Positions 9,451 through 21,400 of a DNA stretch of 64,000 nucleotides are shown here, piece by piece. Source of the DNA: an uncultured Sphingobacteriales bacterium (GTDB taxonomy: Bacteria; Bacteroidota; Bacteroidia; Chitinophagales; Chitinophagaceae); assembly GCA_963707255.1 (NCBI GenBank), contig CAVPPM010000023.1:222687-286686 (forward strand), in the 5' to 3' direction. The position numbers were made by a program, and so were the translations under genes. How positions within the stretch are numbered: position 1 is the first letter of the stretch; each line of letters starts with the position of its first letter. The notes beneath the pieces are model-generated. The model saw only the letters and a list, made by a program, of their open reading frames with translations. It had not been told where the DNA came from and made no database searches.

Positions 9451-11158
9451 TTATGCAGTAATCACCTTTTTAGGAAAAATAAAATGTAAGACCCAGGCAA
9501 AAAAGATTACCATAAATGCACCTGCAATGGTAAGCCATAAGCCAGCCCAGGCTGCCCTTCCAGTATATAACGAGCACGAGTACCTGTGAAATAACAGCGG
9601 CCCAGAATACCGCTGTTCCGCGCACGGATTTTACATAAAATGCGACCAGGAAGATACCAAGGATAACGCCATAAAACCATGATCCGAGCACATTCACTGC
9701 TTCGATAAGGCTACCCATACCTGTTGCAAATTGTGCTACCGCAACACTGAATAATCCCCAGAACAGTGTGTACCCGCGGGATAGCCTGTAGTCCTGTTCC
9801 TCAGTGAGGTCCTTATGAAGGAATTTTTTGTGAAAATCAACAACGGAGGCTGATGCCAGCGAATTTAACGCTGCAGCAATACTTCCCCATGCTGCCAAAA
9901 AGATCACGGCAATCAGCAAACCCACAAGTCCCCTGGGCAGGTGATCCACCACAAAGCGAAGGAAGATATAGTTGGTGTCATTGGCTTCCGGATCTGCTTT
10001 GGAAGCCACAATGACGCGTTTTACTTCGGTCCGTAGTTGCTCCTGGCTTTCATTTAAGCGCGAAAGCCTAGCCACGGAAGAATCACTGTTTTTATTTTGA
10101 ATAAGATCCTGGCTTAAAAGGGTAACGGCATCTTTTTTTGATGCCGCAAGCTTTTGGTGTTCGGTCATTAATACGTCAATGGTATCCTTGTATATGGTAT
10201 TTCTTGCTTTTTGAACGGGCACTGTATTAAACAGCAACGGTGATGGATTAAACTGGTAAAATGTGAAGACCAGTATTCCGATCAGCAGGATCAGGAACTG
10301 CATCGGCACTTTCACAATACCATTCATCAGCAGGCCCATCTTACTTTCTTTGTCAGATGATGCCGTAAGGTACCTGCCCACCTGGCTTTGGTCTGTTCCG
10401 AAATAGGACAGCATAAAGAAAAATCCGCCAATCAATCCGCTGAAGATATTATAACGGTCAGTCCAGTCATATCCTTTTTCAGTAAATCCTGTAGTGATCA
10501 CATTCATTTTACCCATCTTTCCCCCGATCTCAAGAGCATTGGTGAAGCCCACTCCTTCAGGCAAAAGACTTACACATATATAGGCCGCTACAAATAACCC
10601 GATAAACACAATGATAAGCTGCAATTTCTGCGTATAGGCAACAGCTTTGGCGCCGCCTGAAACGGTGTAGATAATCAGCAATCCGCCCATGAACAGGTTA
10701 GTCCAGTAAATGTTCCAGCCCAGCAGGGAAGAAAGGATGATAGAAGGCGCATAAACACTGATGCCTGTTGACAATCCGCGCGAAACAAGGAATAAAAAAG
10801 AGGTCAGTGTTCTTGTTTTTACATCAAATCTTTTTTCCAGGAACTCATATGCCGTATATACTTTAAGTCTCCTGAAAATGGGAACAAAGGTGATGCAAAG
10901 TATCACCATGGCCAGAGGAAGACCAAAATAATACTGAACGAATCGCATGCCATCCGTATAGGCCTGTCCCGGTGCAGATAAAAACGTGATAGCACTTGCC
11001 TGCGTACCCATGATGCTCAGCATCACCATATACCAGGGCATTTCACGATTACCCCGGAAATAGCCATCGAGGTTCCTGCTGGTATTGCTTTTATATACTC
11101 CGTAAAGTATAATACCGCCCAGTGTAACTGCCAAAATAATCCAGTCAAGACTACTCAT
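9451..11158 (-). CDS. Sodium:solute symporter (SSS family); true C-terminus probably restored by removing one base near 9540
   Basis: LS...TQASAITF, YEFLE.RF, Y...GG.KAV..T, GTDQSQV.RYL; alternative frame gives WLWLTIAGAFMVIFFAWVLHFIFPKKVITA*. Confidence 0.88.
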
Positions 11159-11280
11159 GAAAAGGTTTTGGTAATCACCAGGAATAAAATGATCTGCACC
11201 ACCAAAATCACCAATACAGTAATGTACCAGCCACTCCAGTGCTTGAAAATGGGCGGCTTACTTTCTGTCTCCATTGTCAT
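11155..11280 (-). CDS. Small single-TM protein (41 aa), not in the ORF track
   Basis: MTMETESKPPIFKHWSGWYITVLVILVVQIILFLVITKTFS*; ATGA overlap with the symporter start; ATG at 11274 is an alternative start. Confidence 0.7.
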   Translation of the reverse strand: MTMETESKPPIFKHWSGWYITVLVILVVQIILFLVITKTFS

Positions 11281-11428
11281 TGCTTGATCTGTAAAACAAA
11301 TAGGCTACAACAATTCCCAGCAATAAACCCAGGGCAAGCTTCTTGAAAATTACGCCTACCAGTAATCCAGCAGCCACACCTGCAACAAGGCCAAACTGTG
11401 GTGACCGGCCATTTCTTTCTTTATTCAT
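11258..11428 (-). CDS. Small Gly-rich two-TM protein (56 aa), not in the ORF track
   Basis: MNKERNGRSPQFGLVAGVAAGLLVGVIFKKLALGLLLGIVVAYLFYRSSNDNGDRK*; fills the operon gap. Confidence 0.6.
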   Translation of the reverse strand: MNKERNGRSPQFGLVAGVAAGLLVGVIFKKLALGLLLGIVVAYLFYRSSNDNGDRK

Positions 11429-11490
11429 AAACTGACAAATGCTGTTTCCGTTAAAAAATGACTTCCTGAAAACTTATAAACAAGCGACTG

Positions 11491-14001
11491 CTATTTCCTG
11501 TTAGGATTCGCTATGAGGTTGGCAAATAAACGATAAGCACCGGGCACTGCGGCAGGTAACTGCCTGAATAATACCAGGCCGGTATAGATAAACCGGCCTT
11601 TCCCATATTCAGCCATGATCAGGCTTCCATTCCTGTTGTCCGTCTCTCCCGGGTCTTTCATGGCAAGTACTGGTTTATATTGAGGCGCCCATTTGTCAGC
11701 AAAATAAACACCCCTTTCCTGTATCCAGCCATTAAAATCCTTACTGGTGATCTTATTGGGCCAGTTTAACAACGGGCTGTTTTTATCTAAAAATTCCACT
11801 GCGCTCTCTTCGTTGGTGACCCTGGAATTGGTGATGTTGAAATCATAGGGACCTATTCTTGACGACCTTACCGGACCCACAAAACTATTGGTATTAAACT
11901 GCACTACCATCGTACCTCCTGCTTTTACATAATTCATCAACACTTCGTACGCAGAATTCAGCCATTCGTGTATGTTGTATGCCCTTATCCCGGTGATGAT
12001 CACATCGAACTTCTTCAGGTTTTCATCCGTGACATCGGTCTCTGTAAGATAGGTCACTTCATATCCCAACTGTTCCAGTGCTTCAGGAATCTTGTCGCCT
12101 GCACCTTTTATATAACCGGCTTTTTTCCCGGCAGTCTTTATATCAAGGTTCAGCACGGTTACGCCATCGGGATAGAAATAACGGATGGCGGGAATATGGT
12201 CATAATTGATGCTGGCCATGGCCAGGTAGTTGGCCTGGCTCAGTTGTTCATTCTTGTACTCGACACTGGAAGATATGGCGTCAACCTCCAGGTCTTTCAA
12301 CAGTTTGCTGTTTACCGGAATGGAGAAATTCTTTGTAAGCCCCCTGGCCAGCGAAAAATCCAAATCCTTTTCATCCTGTTCGGATTTTGTAGAACGGTTA
12401 TGGATAGTCGCTTTTGCAGGCAGGATATTTGTATACGCCGTGGTACTCAGCGTATAATTTTTTACCGACGGCTGGTTTTTACTGAACAGTAAAATTCCCG
12501 GCGAGGTATTTACAGACAAAGGCGGCACAATAGGCAGTGGCTGGAACAACTCGCCCTTAACAGGATCAGTATGTTTATACTGAACTGGCCTGGATATGGT
12601 CAATTCAAGCCCTTCAATGTCAACGACAAATTCTGCACTGAAAGCAGGTGAATTTTCAGGCCTCCCGATCATCTTTTGTTCTGTTACATTAAATGAACCC
12701 TTTTCCATGGCTTCCCTGATCCAGTATGGCTGTGATATTTCCTTGCCCTGATCAACATATAATCTTCTCTGGAAAGTAAGATTCCTGTTAAATACCAGGG
12801 GTTGCGTCATCGATGTGTCGAGATAGTCGATGCCGATTTTCTTTAATTGTATACTTGCACTGCCCCTGTTGACGGCACTGATATTGACTCGCAGGGAATC
12901 GCCCTGAACGGCATATGCCTGTTGGCTTGATGCCTCCAGGAATAATCCGGAACATAGTTCGATCAGCGACTGGATTTCCTTCAGTTTCTGAATTTTCCAG
13001 TAACTGTCTTTCAGTGCACTAAGGTTTTTGTATAAAACAGTGAGCGGCTTTACGGAAAGGTCGGGCCGGGTGTATGAATAGGTTGAAATGATCCGGTCAA
13101 TTTCCTGGTTAATGCTTACGCCGCCCTCCACCCTTTGCCACGTGGTATCAACGCCGTCCAGCAGGGAGTTCCTGGGTGTATCTCCACCAGTGGGAATAAA
13201 AAATTCCATCGCTGTTCCCCGGGAAGAAGGCACGCCAAATCCCTGGCTCTTATGCTGGCTCCTGCTTTCCGCAGCGATCTCCCCAAAACTTTTTCCCAGC
13301 AATGGACTGTAGGTACCCACATCAACACGGAACTGGTTTTCTGCAGTTGTATTGGTATTACCGAAATTAAACGTATTCCACAGGATGCGTTTTGTTTTCC
13401 ATGGGCGTACCCCGTATGTAAATTGCTCAGGAAATTTTGACGAGTCAGCCGCCGCAATGAATGCCTCACGGGCAAGCACAGCCGAACCTGAATGGTGACC
13501 ATGCCCCGCCCTGTTGTCTTCGGGGAACCTGGTGATAATGACATCCGGCTTGAAATTCCGGATTACCCATACCACATCAGCAAGGATTTTTTCCTTATTC
13601 CATATCGTAAATGCTTCCTCTGTACTTTTCGAAAAGCCAAAGTCGAAGGCTCGTGTAAAGAACTGTTCAGCGCCGTCGATCCTCCTGGCAGCCAGTAGCT
13701 CCTGGGTCCTTATCAGGCCAAGGGCCACACCCTGTTCTTCACCGATGAGGTTTTGTCCGCCATCCCCGCGCGTAACCGAGAGGTAACCGGTACGGTACAA
13801 TTTTTCCTTCGACAACCAGGCCAGCAACCTTGTATTTTCATCATCAGGATGAGCGGCAATGTATAAAACTGATCCCAGCACTTTGAGTTTCTGCATCCTC
13901 AGTAAAATATCGGCACTATTGGAACCAACCGGTGGCTGTGCCGGGCAGGTAAAAGCATAAAGACAAGTCATCAGGAATAACAGACGTCGCGAAGTTCTCA
14001 T
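11491..14001 (-). CDS. Exported PIG-L/LmbE family deacetylase with C-terminal glutamine-amidotransferase-like domain
   Basis: Signal peptide; AHPDDE, TRGDGGQN, R..E...A, HGHH, SRSQHKSQG. Confidence 0.88.
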   Translation of the reverse strand: MRTSRRLLFLMTCLYAFTCPAQPPVGSNSADILLRMQKLKVLGSVLYIAAHPDDENTRLLAWLSKEKLYRTGYLSVTRGDGGQNLIGEEQGVALGLIRTQELLAARRIDGAEQFFTRAFDFGFSKSTEEAFTIWNKEKILADVVWVIRNFKPDVIITRFPEDNRAGHGHHSGSAVLAREAFIAAADSSKFPEQFTYGVRPWKTKRILWNTFNFGNTNTTAENQFRVDVGTYSPLLGKSFGEIAAESRSQHKSQGFGVPSSRGTAMEFFIPTGGDTPRNSLLDGVDTTWQRVEGGVSINQEIDRIISTYSYTRPDLSVKPLTVLYKNLSALKDSYWKIQKLKEIQSLIELCSGLFLEASSQQAYAVQGDSLRVNISAVNRGSASIQLKKIGIDYLDTSMTQPLVFNRNLTFQRRLYVDQGKEISQPYWIREAMEKGSFNVTEQKMIGRPENSPAFSAEFVVDIEGLELTISRPVQYKHTDPVKGELFQPLPIVPPLSVNTSPGILLFSKNQPSVKNYTLSTTAYTNILPAKATIHNRSTKSEQDEKDLDFSLARGLTKNFSIPVNSKLLKDLEVDAISSSVEYKNEQLSQANYLAMASINYDHIPAIRYFYPDGVTVLNLDIKTAGKKAGYIKGAGDKIPEALEQLGYEVTYLTETDVTDENLKKFDVIITGIRAYNIHEWLNSAYEVLMNYVKAGGTMVVQFNTNSFVGPVRSSRIGPYDFNITNSRVTNEESAVEFLDKNSPLLNWPNKITSKDFNGWIQERGVYFADKWAPQYKPVLAMKDPGETDNRNGSLIMAEYGKGRFIYTGLVLFRQLPAAVPGAYRLFANLIANPNRK

Positions 14002-14014
14002 TACTGCATACTTT

Positions 14015-16546
14015 TTAGTCTACCATAAAAATTGCATTGGCCAGAAGGAGTTTTCCGTTCTCCCAGAAACTCCGGAAAACGGGATCATCTGCCATTACAA
14101 CAATATTCCCCCTACCCATCGGCAGAACGCCGAGCAGCAACCCGTCCTTCAATTTCATTTTTGTTTTGCTCCCGGCGAAACCACTCACATAATTCTCCTT
14201 CTTTATGATGCCAACATTCCATCCATCCTTCAGGAATTCATAAATTTTATCGTCCATTTTAAGGGAAAAATAGTGTTTCGGGAAACCAAAGGCAAGCGGA
14301 TGGGTATTATCAAGTTCGAGTTTGTATACTGCCCCCGGGATGGTGTTGGGCAGAAAATCCCTCTCCCGGTTTTCATATTGCTTCAGCCTTTCATATGGTT
14401 TCTGGGGATCATCGTCCTTACGGTCATCCATACCCTTTTGTTTTATACCCCAATCCAGCTGGGCCAACTGCGACACTGCCGTTTCCAGGGCGATGATCTT
14501 GCCACCCTGCGTAACCCATTGCTTCAACATGTCCTGTTGTGACCTTTCATTCAGGAACCGGTAACTGCCTTCCGGCATGATAACAACGTCATAGTCGTGC
14601 CAGTTCATGGAATTGGCAGAAGCCACATTAACCAGCGAAACCGGGTAGTTCAGCTGCTGTTCGAAGTAATACCAGAGTTCCCCTGCAGCATTTGAACTTA
14701 TTCCGTCACCCGTAAACAATGCCACTCGCTGTTTTTTGATGGTACGGACATTGGGACTGCCAAAATCATAGCCTTTGTCGACAAAACCCGTATATACAGG
14801 CGTAACCGTGCCCTGGATACCAAGCTCTTCTGCCGACTGGATAATTTTTGAAAATAATCCCGGACCCATTTTACTGTTAGAGGTCTTCAGAACGATCAGG
14901 GTCCCCCTGTCGAAGGTTTTGCCATTAATGGTAAAAGACTGTTCGGCATACCTGACTTTAATATTCTGCTGCAATAATTTACTCAGCAGCCGTGCACCTG
15001 TAAAACTGTTCCATGGAATCGCATAGCCCAAAGGTGCTTCGGCACCCTGTACCGGTGCCGGTTTGGCTTTATCCTGAAATGGCGCACCGTTCATTCGTTC
15101 CTTCATCGCGTAAGCTTGCAGACCCCATGCATAGGGCACAGACCAGGCAGTGATATCATAAGTTGCAGTATCGGTTATCCGTGACCGTGGTTCGAAGAGA
15201 ACTTTTACCAGTGCGGATTTCGGCTGCAGGGAGGAGATCAGGATATCTGCCGGTTCAAGGTTCCGGGTTTCTTCTTTTCCCGTAATATAGTCGTAGGCCT
15301 TTACCGTTCTATTTGTAGCTACAGCTTCAAAACTGATCCCGTTAACAGAAAGAAAAGATTTGAGATTCGACAGTACATCTTCCCTGCCATCATTTTTAAT
15401 GATGAAGGTTTTGTACTCTCCTATGCCGTTGGTGGCCGCGTCGTTGAAAAATTTGCGGTATTCGGAAACCAGCTTCGCGGCATTGGCAGAGGCTGTCTCC
15501 AGGGTTGACAGACCTGTGGTATAATGATGTTCGAGCCTGTCGGCCAGTGTTAATGTATCCCCGTCTTCATTAATGACAGCGAGCCCGCCCCGTATGCCAC
15601 CCTGTTCAAAGGTCATCCCGATAGCGCCGTTATAGGTTGGATAGGTATCACCGTAACTGGGATAGAAAAGGTCAAACCTCTCCTTGGTAAAATACAGCCA
15701 TCCGTTGGCATCGAAATATTTTGCATTGTTTTTACCGATCATTACCTGGAATTCCCTTTGCCAGGGAGTGATGACTTCATGATAGGGTTCTGCAGCGGGA
15801 GCGAAATAATAAGGTTCATTGAATCCCTGCTCATGAAAATCCACATGCACCTGAGGCAGCCATTCGTTATAGAGTTTCAGCCGCTGTTTAGTTTCCACCT
15901 GGGTCTGCCATGCCCAGTCGCGGTTCAGGTCAAAATTATAATGATTGGTGCGACCGCCGGGCCATGGTTCCTGGTGTTCCCTTGCCTGTACTTCGGGGTT
16001 GGGGACATCCGATGAGACGGAATTGAACCAGTTCACATAACGGTCACGGCCATCCGGGTTTATACAGGGATCCAGGATCACAACGGTATTCTTCAACCAG
16101 GCTTTTGTTTTGGTATTGGAAGGATCCAGCAGCGCATATAAGGTTTTCATTGCTGCTTCACTGGAAGATGGTTCACTGCCGTGCACGTTATAACTCAGCC
16201 AAACAACGGCAGGCATATCTGTGGAGGGCGCCATTTTATCGCGCGACAATCCTGAGAGTCTTAGATTATTTGCCTTAATGGCATCCAGCCGGTTGATATT
16301 TTCGGGAGTGGAGATATAGGCCACCACCAGGGGCCGGCCCTCGTAGGTTTTACCATACTGATAGACCTTCATCATATCGGGCTTTGCCGCTGCCAGGGTT
16401 TCAACATACCGCACTATATTATGATGAGGAGTAAATTTCGAACCCAACGGATAGCCAAGGAACTGGTCTGGGGAAGGTACGGACTGGGCGAAGCTGGTGA
16501 AAGAGGCAAATAGGTATAAGAAAATAAGCGTCCGGGATTTCAGCAT
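14015..16546 (-). CDS. Exported M14 zinc carboxypeptidase
   Basis: HGSE, NPDG, RTN...DLNRDW, DFHE zinc motifs. Confidence 0.88.
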   Translation of the reverse strand: MLKSRTLIFLYLFASFTSFAQSVPSPDQFLGYPLGSKFTPHHNIVRYVETLAAAKPDMMKVYQYGKTYEGRPLVVAYISTPENINRLDAIKANNLRLSGLSRDKMAPSTDMPAVVWLSYNVHGSEPSSSEAAMKTLYALLDPSNTKTKAWLKNTVVILDPCINPDGRDRYVNWFNSVSSDVPNPEVQAREHQEPWPGGRTNHYNFDLNRDWAWQTQVETKQRLKLYNEWLPQVHVDFHEQGFNEPYYFAPAAEPYHEVITPWQREFQVMIGKNNAKYFDANGWLYFTKERFDLFYPSYGDTYPTYNGAIGMTFEQGGIRGGLAVINEDGDTLTLADRLEHHYTTGLSTLETASANAAKLVSEYRKFFNDAATNGIGEYKTFIIKNDGREDVLSNLKSFLSVNGISFEAVATNRTVKAYDYITGKEETRNLEPADILISSLQPKSALVKVLFEPRSRITDTATYDITAWSVPYAWGLQAYAMKERMNGAPFQDKAKPAPVQGAEAPLGYAIPWNSFTGARLLSKLLQQNIKVRYAEQSFTINGKTFDRGTLIVLKTSNSKMGPGLFSKIIQSAEELGIQGTVTPVYTGFVDKGYDFGSPNVRTIKKQRVALFTGDGISSNAAGELWYYFEQQLNYPVSLVNVASANSMNWHDYDVVIMPEGSYRFLNERSQQDMLKQWVTQGGKIIALETAVSQLAQLDWGIKQKGMDDRKDDDPQKPYERLKQYENRERDFLPNTIPGAVYKLELDNTHPLAFGFPKHYFSLKMDDKIYEFLKDGWNVGIIKKENYVSGFAGSKTKMKLKDGLLLGVLPMGRGNIVVMADDPVFRSFWENGKLLLANAIFMVD

Positions 16547-16635
16547 AATCAGTTTTTAGGAAGGCGTGAAAATAAACAAAGCCCATGATATGGAAATGAT
16601 GGCAGAGAATATTTACCATTCCTTACTTTTAGCGC

Positions 16636-18336
16636 ATGAAAACCAGGTTGAATTTTCTGATCTTCTTTTTATGTATAACCGGACTGGCCAGTGCCCAGGT
16701 GAATTCGGTGAATCCCTACCAGTACACCATTTCCAAACAGCTCTCTGCCCGGAAATATGTGGTGGTTTCAGCGCATCCGCTGGCCAGCCAGGTAGGCGCC
16801 CTGATCCTTCAACAGGGAGGAAATGCTGTTGATGCGGCCATAGCTACCCAGCTGGCACTGGCCGTGGTATATCCCACGGCTGGCAATCTCGGCGGTGGTG
16901 GCTTCCTGGTGGGGAGGTTGAAAAACGGGACCAACCTGGCCATTGATTACCGGGAAAAAGCGCCATCCGCGGCCAGAAGGGATATGTACCTCGACAGTAG
17001 CGGCAATGTAGTGCCCGGCCTGAGTGTCTATGGTCATTTATCCAGCGGCGTTCCGGGTACCGTGGCCGGGTTATTTGCCTCCGCAAAATACGGCAGGCTG
17101 CCTTTTCAACAACTCATACAACCCGCCATTGACCTCGCCCAAAAAGGCTTTGTGATAACGGAAAGGCTTGCCCGGTCACTGAATAATGTGAAGCCTACAT
17201 TCATGCGCTACAACAGCATAGCTCCTGCATATGTGAAGCAGTCTGCCTGGAAAGAAGGCGACACTTTGATCCAGGCTGACCTTGCCAATACCCTGATTCG
17301 CATCCGTGACCAGGGAATGAAGGGGTTTTATGAAGGGGAAACTGCAACACTTATCGTAGAGGAGATGAAGCGATCCAATGGGATCATCAGCCTTGAGGAC
17401 CTTAAGAATTATCGAGCCGTAGAACGGAAGGCCGTCGTCTTTCCTTATAAAAAATACCAGGTGGTTACCATGCCACTACCGAGTTCGGGAGGTATCATCT
17501 TACCTCAGTTGATGAAAATGGTAGAGCACAGAGATCTTGCCCGCAAAGGATTTCATTCTCCCGAAGCCGTTCAACTGATGGTTGAGGCGGAAAGAAGGGC
17601 TTATGCTGACAGGTCAGAATTCCTGGGAGATACAGATTTTGTAAAAGTTCCGGTTGCAAAACTCATCAGCACCGGGTACCTGGAAGAAAGGATGAAGGAT
17701 TATGTGCCCGGGAAGGCAGGGAATAGTGAATCGACGGGACATGGCAATATTTCCGCCGAAAGTGAAGAAACTACACACCTTTCCATTGTTGACCAATGGG
17801 GCAATGCGGTAGCCGTTACTACCACATTGAATGGAGGATATGGTTCATTTACCGTGGTGAAGGGAGCAGGATTCATCCTGAACAATGAAATGGACGATTT
17901 CAGTGCAAAACCCGGACAGCCAAATATTTATGGAGCCCTGGGTACCGAAGCCAATGCCATTGCACCAGGCAAAAGAATGCTGAGTTCCATGACCCCCACT
18001 ATCGTATTAAAAAAGGGAAAGCCTTTTATCGTTGTTGGAACACCGGGTGGTACCACCATTACCACCTCGCTGTTTCAGAGCCTTGTCAATGTGATTGAAT
18101 TCAAACTCAGTCCATCAGAAGTAGTGAACTCGCCCAAGTTCCATCACCAATGGAAACCTGACGTCGTTTTTGTTGAAGAAGATTTCCCGCAATCCACCAT
18201 TGAAGCCATGGAAAAAATGGGATATACTTTCAGAAAAAGAGAGCCGATCGGTCAAACAGAACTCATCATTATCAACAAAAAGAAACTTACTGCCGTGGCC
18301 GATAAACGCGGCAATGATTCGGCGGCTGGATTTTAA
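16636..18336 (+). CDS. ggt: Gamma-glutamyltransferase
   Basis: GGNAVDAAIA, ETTHLS (nucleophile Thr), LNNEMDDFS, KRMLSSMTP, GTPGG. Confidence 0.95.
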   Translation: MKTRLNFLIFFLCITGLASAQVNSVNPYQYTISKQLSARKYVVVSAHPLASQVGALILQQGGNAVDAAIATQLALAVVYPTAGNLGGGGFLVGRLKNGTNLAIDYREKAPSAARRDMYLDSSGNVVPGLSVYGHLSSGVPGTVAGLFASAKYGRLPFQQLIQPAIDLAQKGFVITERLARSLNNVKPTFMRYNSIAPAYVKQSAWKEGDTLIQADLANTLIRIRDQGMKGFYEGETATLIVEEMKRSNGIISLEDLKNYRAVERKAVVFPYKKYQVVTMPLPSSGGIILPQLMKMVEHRDLARKGFHSPEAVQLMVEAERRAYADRSEFLGDTDFVKVPVAKLISTGYLEERMKDYVPGKAGNSESTGHGNISAESEETTHLSIVDQWGNAVAVTTTLNGGYGSFTVVKGAGFILNNEMDDFSAKPGQPNIYGALGTEANAIAPGKRMLSSMTPTIVLKKGKPFIVVGTPGGTTITTSLFQSLVNVIEFKLSPSEVVNSPKFHHQWKPDVVFVEEDFPQSTIEAMEKMGYTFRKREPIGQTELIIINKKKLTAVADKRGNDSAAGF

Positions 18337-18424
18337 CCCTGCATTCTCCTGGAGGATAAGCTGTTAGCAGCTATTCACCCAATTTGTTAATCCTTGACGG
18401 CGGTTATCGAATTTGTGGCCTCTA

Positions 18425-21400
18425 ATGTCTATTTTAGCCCTTAAATCACCGTTCCTGAAAAGACTTCTGAAAATAATTGGCAGCATCCTCTTATCCATCA
18501 TCTTACTGCTTCTTATTGCGGTGGTTTTGTTGCGGACAGAATGGGGCCAGAACCTGCTCATATCGGAGGTCACTTCCCGCCTATCCAAACAATTGAACAC
18601 AAAGGTTTCGGTTAAGCGTATCAGTATTGGCTTTTTTGACAAACTGAACCTCGAAGGAACGCTCATTGAGGACCAGCAGAAAGATACATTGCTCTATGCC
18701 GGTAAACTGAAAATGGAGATCACGGACTGGTTCTTTTTGCAGGAACAGGTGGAACTGCAATACCTGGGCCTTGAAGATGCCAACGTATTTTTGTCTAGAA
18801 AAGATTCTGTCTGGAATTACCAGTTTATTGTCGACGCTTTTGCTCCCAAAGGACCAAGAGATACCACGGCTAAGGAAATAGAGTTATTGCTGAATAAAGT
18901 GGACCTGAAAAATATCCGTTTCATCAGTGAGGATGAATGGGTGGGACAGGGATTCCGCGGCGGCATTGGTTCACTGGAACTGGTCGCTGATGAAATCAAT
19001 TTCAACAGGAAAAAAATATTCATCAGTTCCCTGGTCATCAACAAGCCATATTTTTCAATGACTGATTATGACGGGAAGAAGCCATCCGATACTGTTACCG
19101 CCTCCAGGAAAAGAAGGGCTACAGACGATATACCCTGGAATGCCGAACAATGGGATGTCCTGGTATCACGGTTAAGCATAAACGAAGGTGTATTCAGGTC
19201 TGATGCGGGCACGCGCAAACCCTATGATTATTTTGATCCGCAACATATTGATTTTTCCGGGATCACGGGAACCTTCACCAACCTCAGTATCAACAGGGAT
19301 ACCATGTCGGCCAAAATAGACCTGAAGACAAAAGAGAGATCGGGCTTTACGGTGAACAGGCTCAGGGCAAATATGACATTCCATCCAAAAGGAATGATCT
19401 TTAAAAATCTTGACTTGCAGACGCCTAACAGCAGGCTCAGGAATTATTATGCCATGCGGTATAGTGATTTCAACACTGATATGGGAAACTATATCGACAG
19501 TGTCAGGATGGAAGCAAATTTCACCAACAGCACCATAAGTTCTAAAGATATTGCCTACTTCGCGCCAGAACTGAAAGATATGAACCGCACCTTGCAGGTA
19601 AATGGCGTTGCTGCGGGAACGGTCAGTAATATTTCGGCAAGGAACATCCGCATTGAACACGGGAAAACGGCTTACCTGACCGGAAACTTAAGAATGACCG
19701 GACTTCCTGACATCAATAAAACATTGATTGACTTCAATGCAGGGGAATTAAAGTTTACCTATGAAGATGCAGTTGCTTTTATTCCATCTATTAAAACAAT
19801 TAAGGACCCGGACCTGGCTTCATTGGGTTATGTCAGGTTTAAAGGAAATTTCAAGGGTTACATCAGTGACTTCAATACGGCCGGAAATATCGAGACCGCA
19901 TTGGGAACCATGTCAGCAAATGTGAACCTGAAATTTCCAAAAGGCAAATCACCTTCCTATTCAGGGATTGTCAACACCAGTGGTTTTGCGCTGGGAAAAT
20001 TCGTTAATTCGTCAGTGCTGGGCAATATCGCGTTCGACGGGTCGATCAAAGGCACGGGCTTTGAAACATCGGGAGCCATCGAGCTTAACGGCAGGGTCAT
20101 GTCCATCGAATTTAATAAATACCTCTACCGGAATGTGACGCTTAACGGAAAACTTCAGAAGAAGCAATTTACGGGAGAGGCTATCGTAGATGATCCCAAT
20201 GCAAAGGCTGTGCTGAACGGATTTTTCAATTTAAATAATCCGAAACAACCAGAGCTCAACGTTATCGCCGAGATACAAAGGGCCAACCTGAAGGCCATTA
20301 ATTTTAGCGGTGAGCAGATGAGTGTCATCGGTAAGATCAAAGTGAATTTCCTGGGAAAGTCAGTGGATGATTTTATCGGCGAAGCTTCTTTATTCGATGT
20401 TGCCCTGACCAGGGATGATGAAACCTATGTGTTCGATACACTGCACCTCTATTCCATGCTGGTGGATAATAAAAGGCAGATTGAAGTAAAAAATTCAGAT
20501 GTGGATATTACGCTGAATGGAAATTTCAAACTCACTGAATTGCCTGATGGAATTAATACCTACCTGAGCAAATACTATCCAACCTATTTCAAAAAGAATA
20601 ACAAGAAAGGTCTTAACCAACAATTTACTTTGAAGGCTGAGCTCAGGAATATCGATCAGTATCTCCAGTTATTCAACAGGAAGCTTTCAGGATTTGATAA
20701 TTCCGTGATTGCATCCACATTGAATACAGAAGAAGATATTTTTCTTGTGGATGTAAATATTCCGCAGGCCAGTTATGGAAAATATGAATTCAGGGATTTT
20801 ACTTTTCATGGTGAGGGCAATAGCGACAGCCTGAGGGTAAAGTCGGGGGCCGGAGTAATAACGGTTAATGACAGCCTGCAGTTTCCTTCCACGGAGATCA
20901 GTATACTCGCCGGAGGTGATGTGTCTGATATCAACATATCCACTTCGGCAAACCAGGCCATCAATGCCGCCAATCTTTCGGTTCGGGTATCTCACCTTGA
21001 AGATGGTATACGGATTCATTTCAATCCGTCTTCCATTGTACTCAACCAGAAAACATGGCGGATCGATAAAAACGGTGAACTGACCATCAGTAAATCGGTT
21101 GTAGATGCAAGTGAAATCAGGATGACCAATGGTGAACAGGAGATCCTCATTTCCTCTATTCCGTCTGAGCTTGGAAATACCCACGATATCATCGCAAGCC
21201 TTCACCGTGTAAACCTGGGAGACATCCTGCCATTTGTAATGCAGGAACCAAGGATACAGGGCATTACCAGCGGAGAACTTACGGTAGAAGATCCGTTGAA
21301 TAAATTAAAAGTGTACCTCAATGCCCAGACGGAACAAACTTATTTTGAGGATGACTCCATTGGCATCACTTCTGTCAATGGGTATTGGGACAATGTCAAT

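Noticed and set aside
16636-18336. ggt as part of the ligase cluster
   Set aside because: It is chemically compatible but lies 10 kb away behind unrelated genes, so the sequence alone does not support a link
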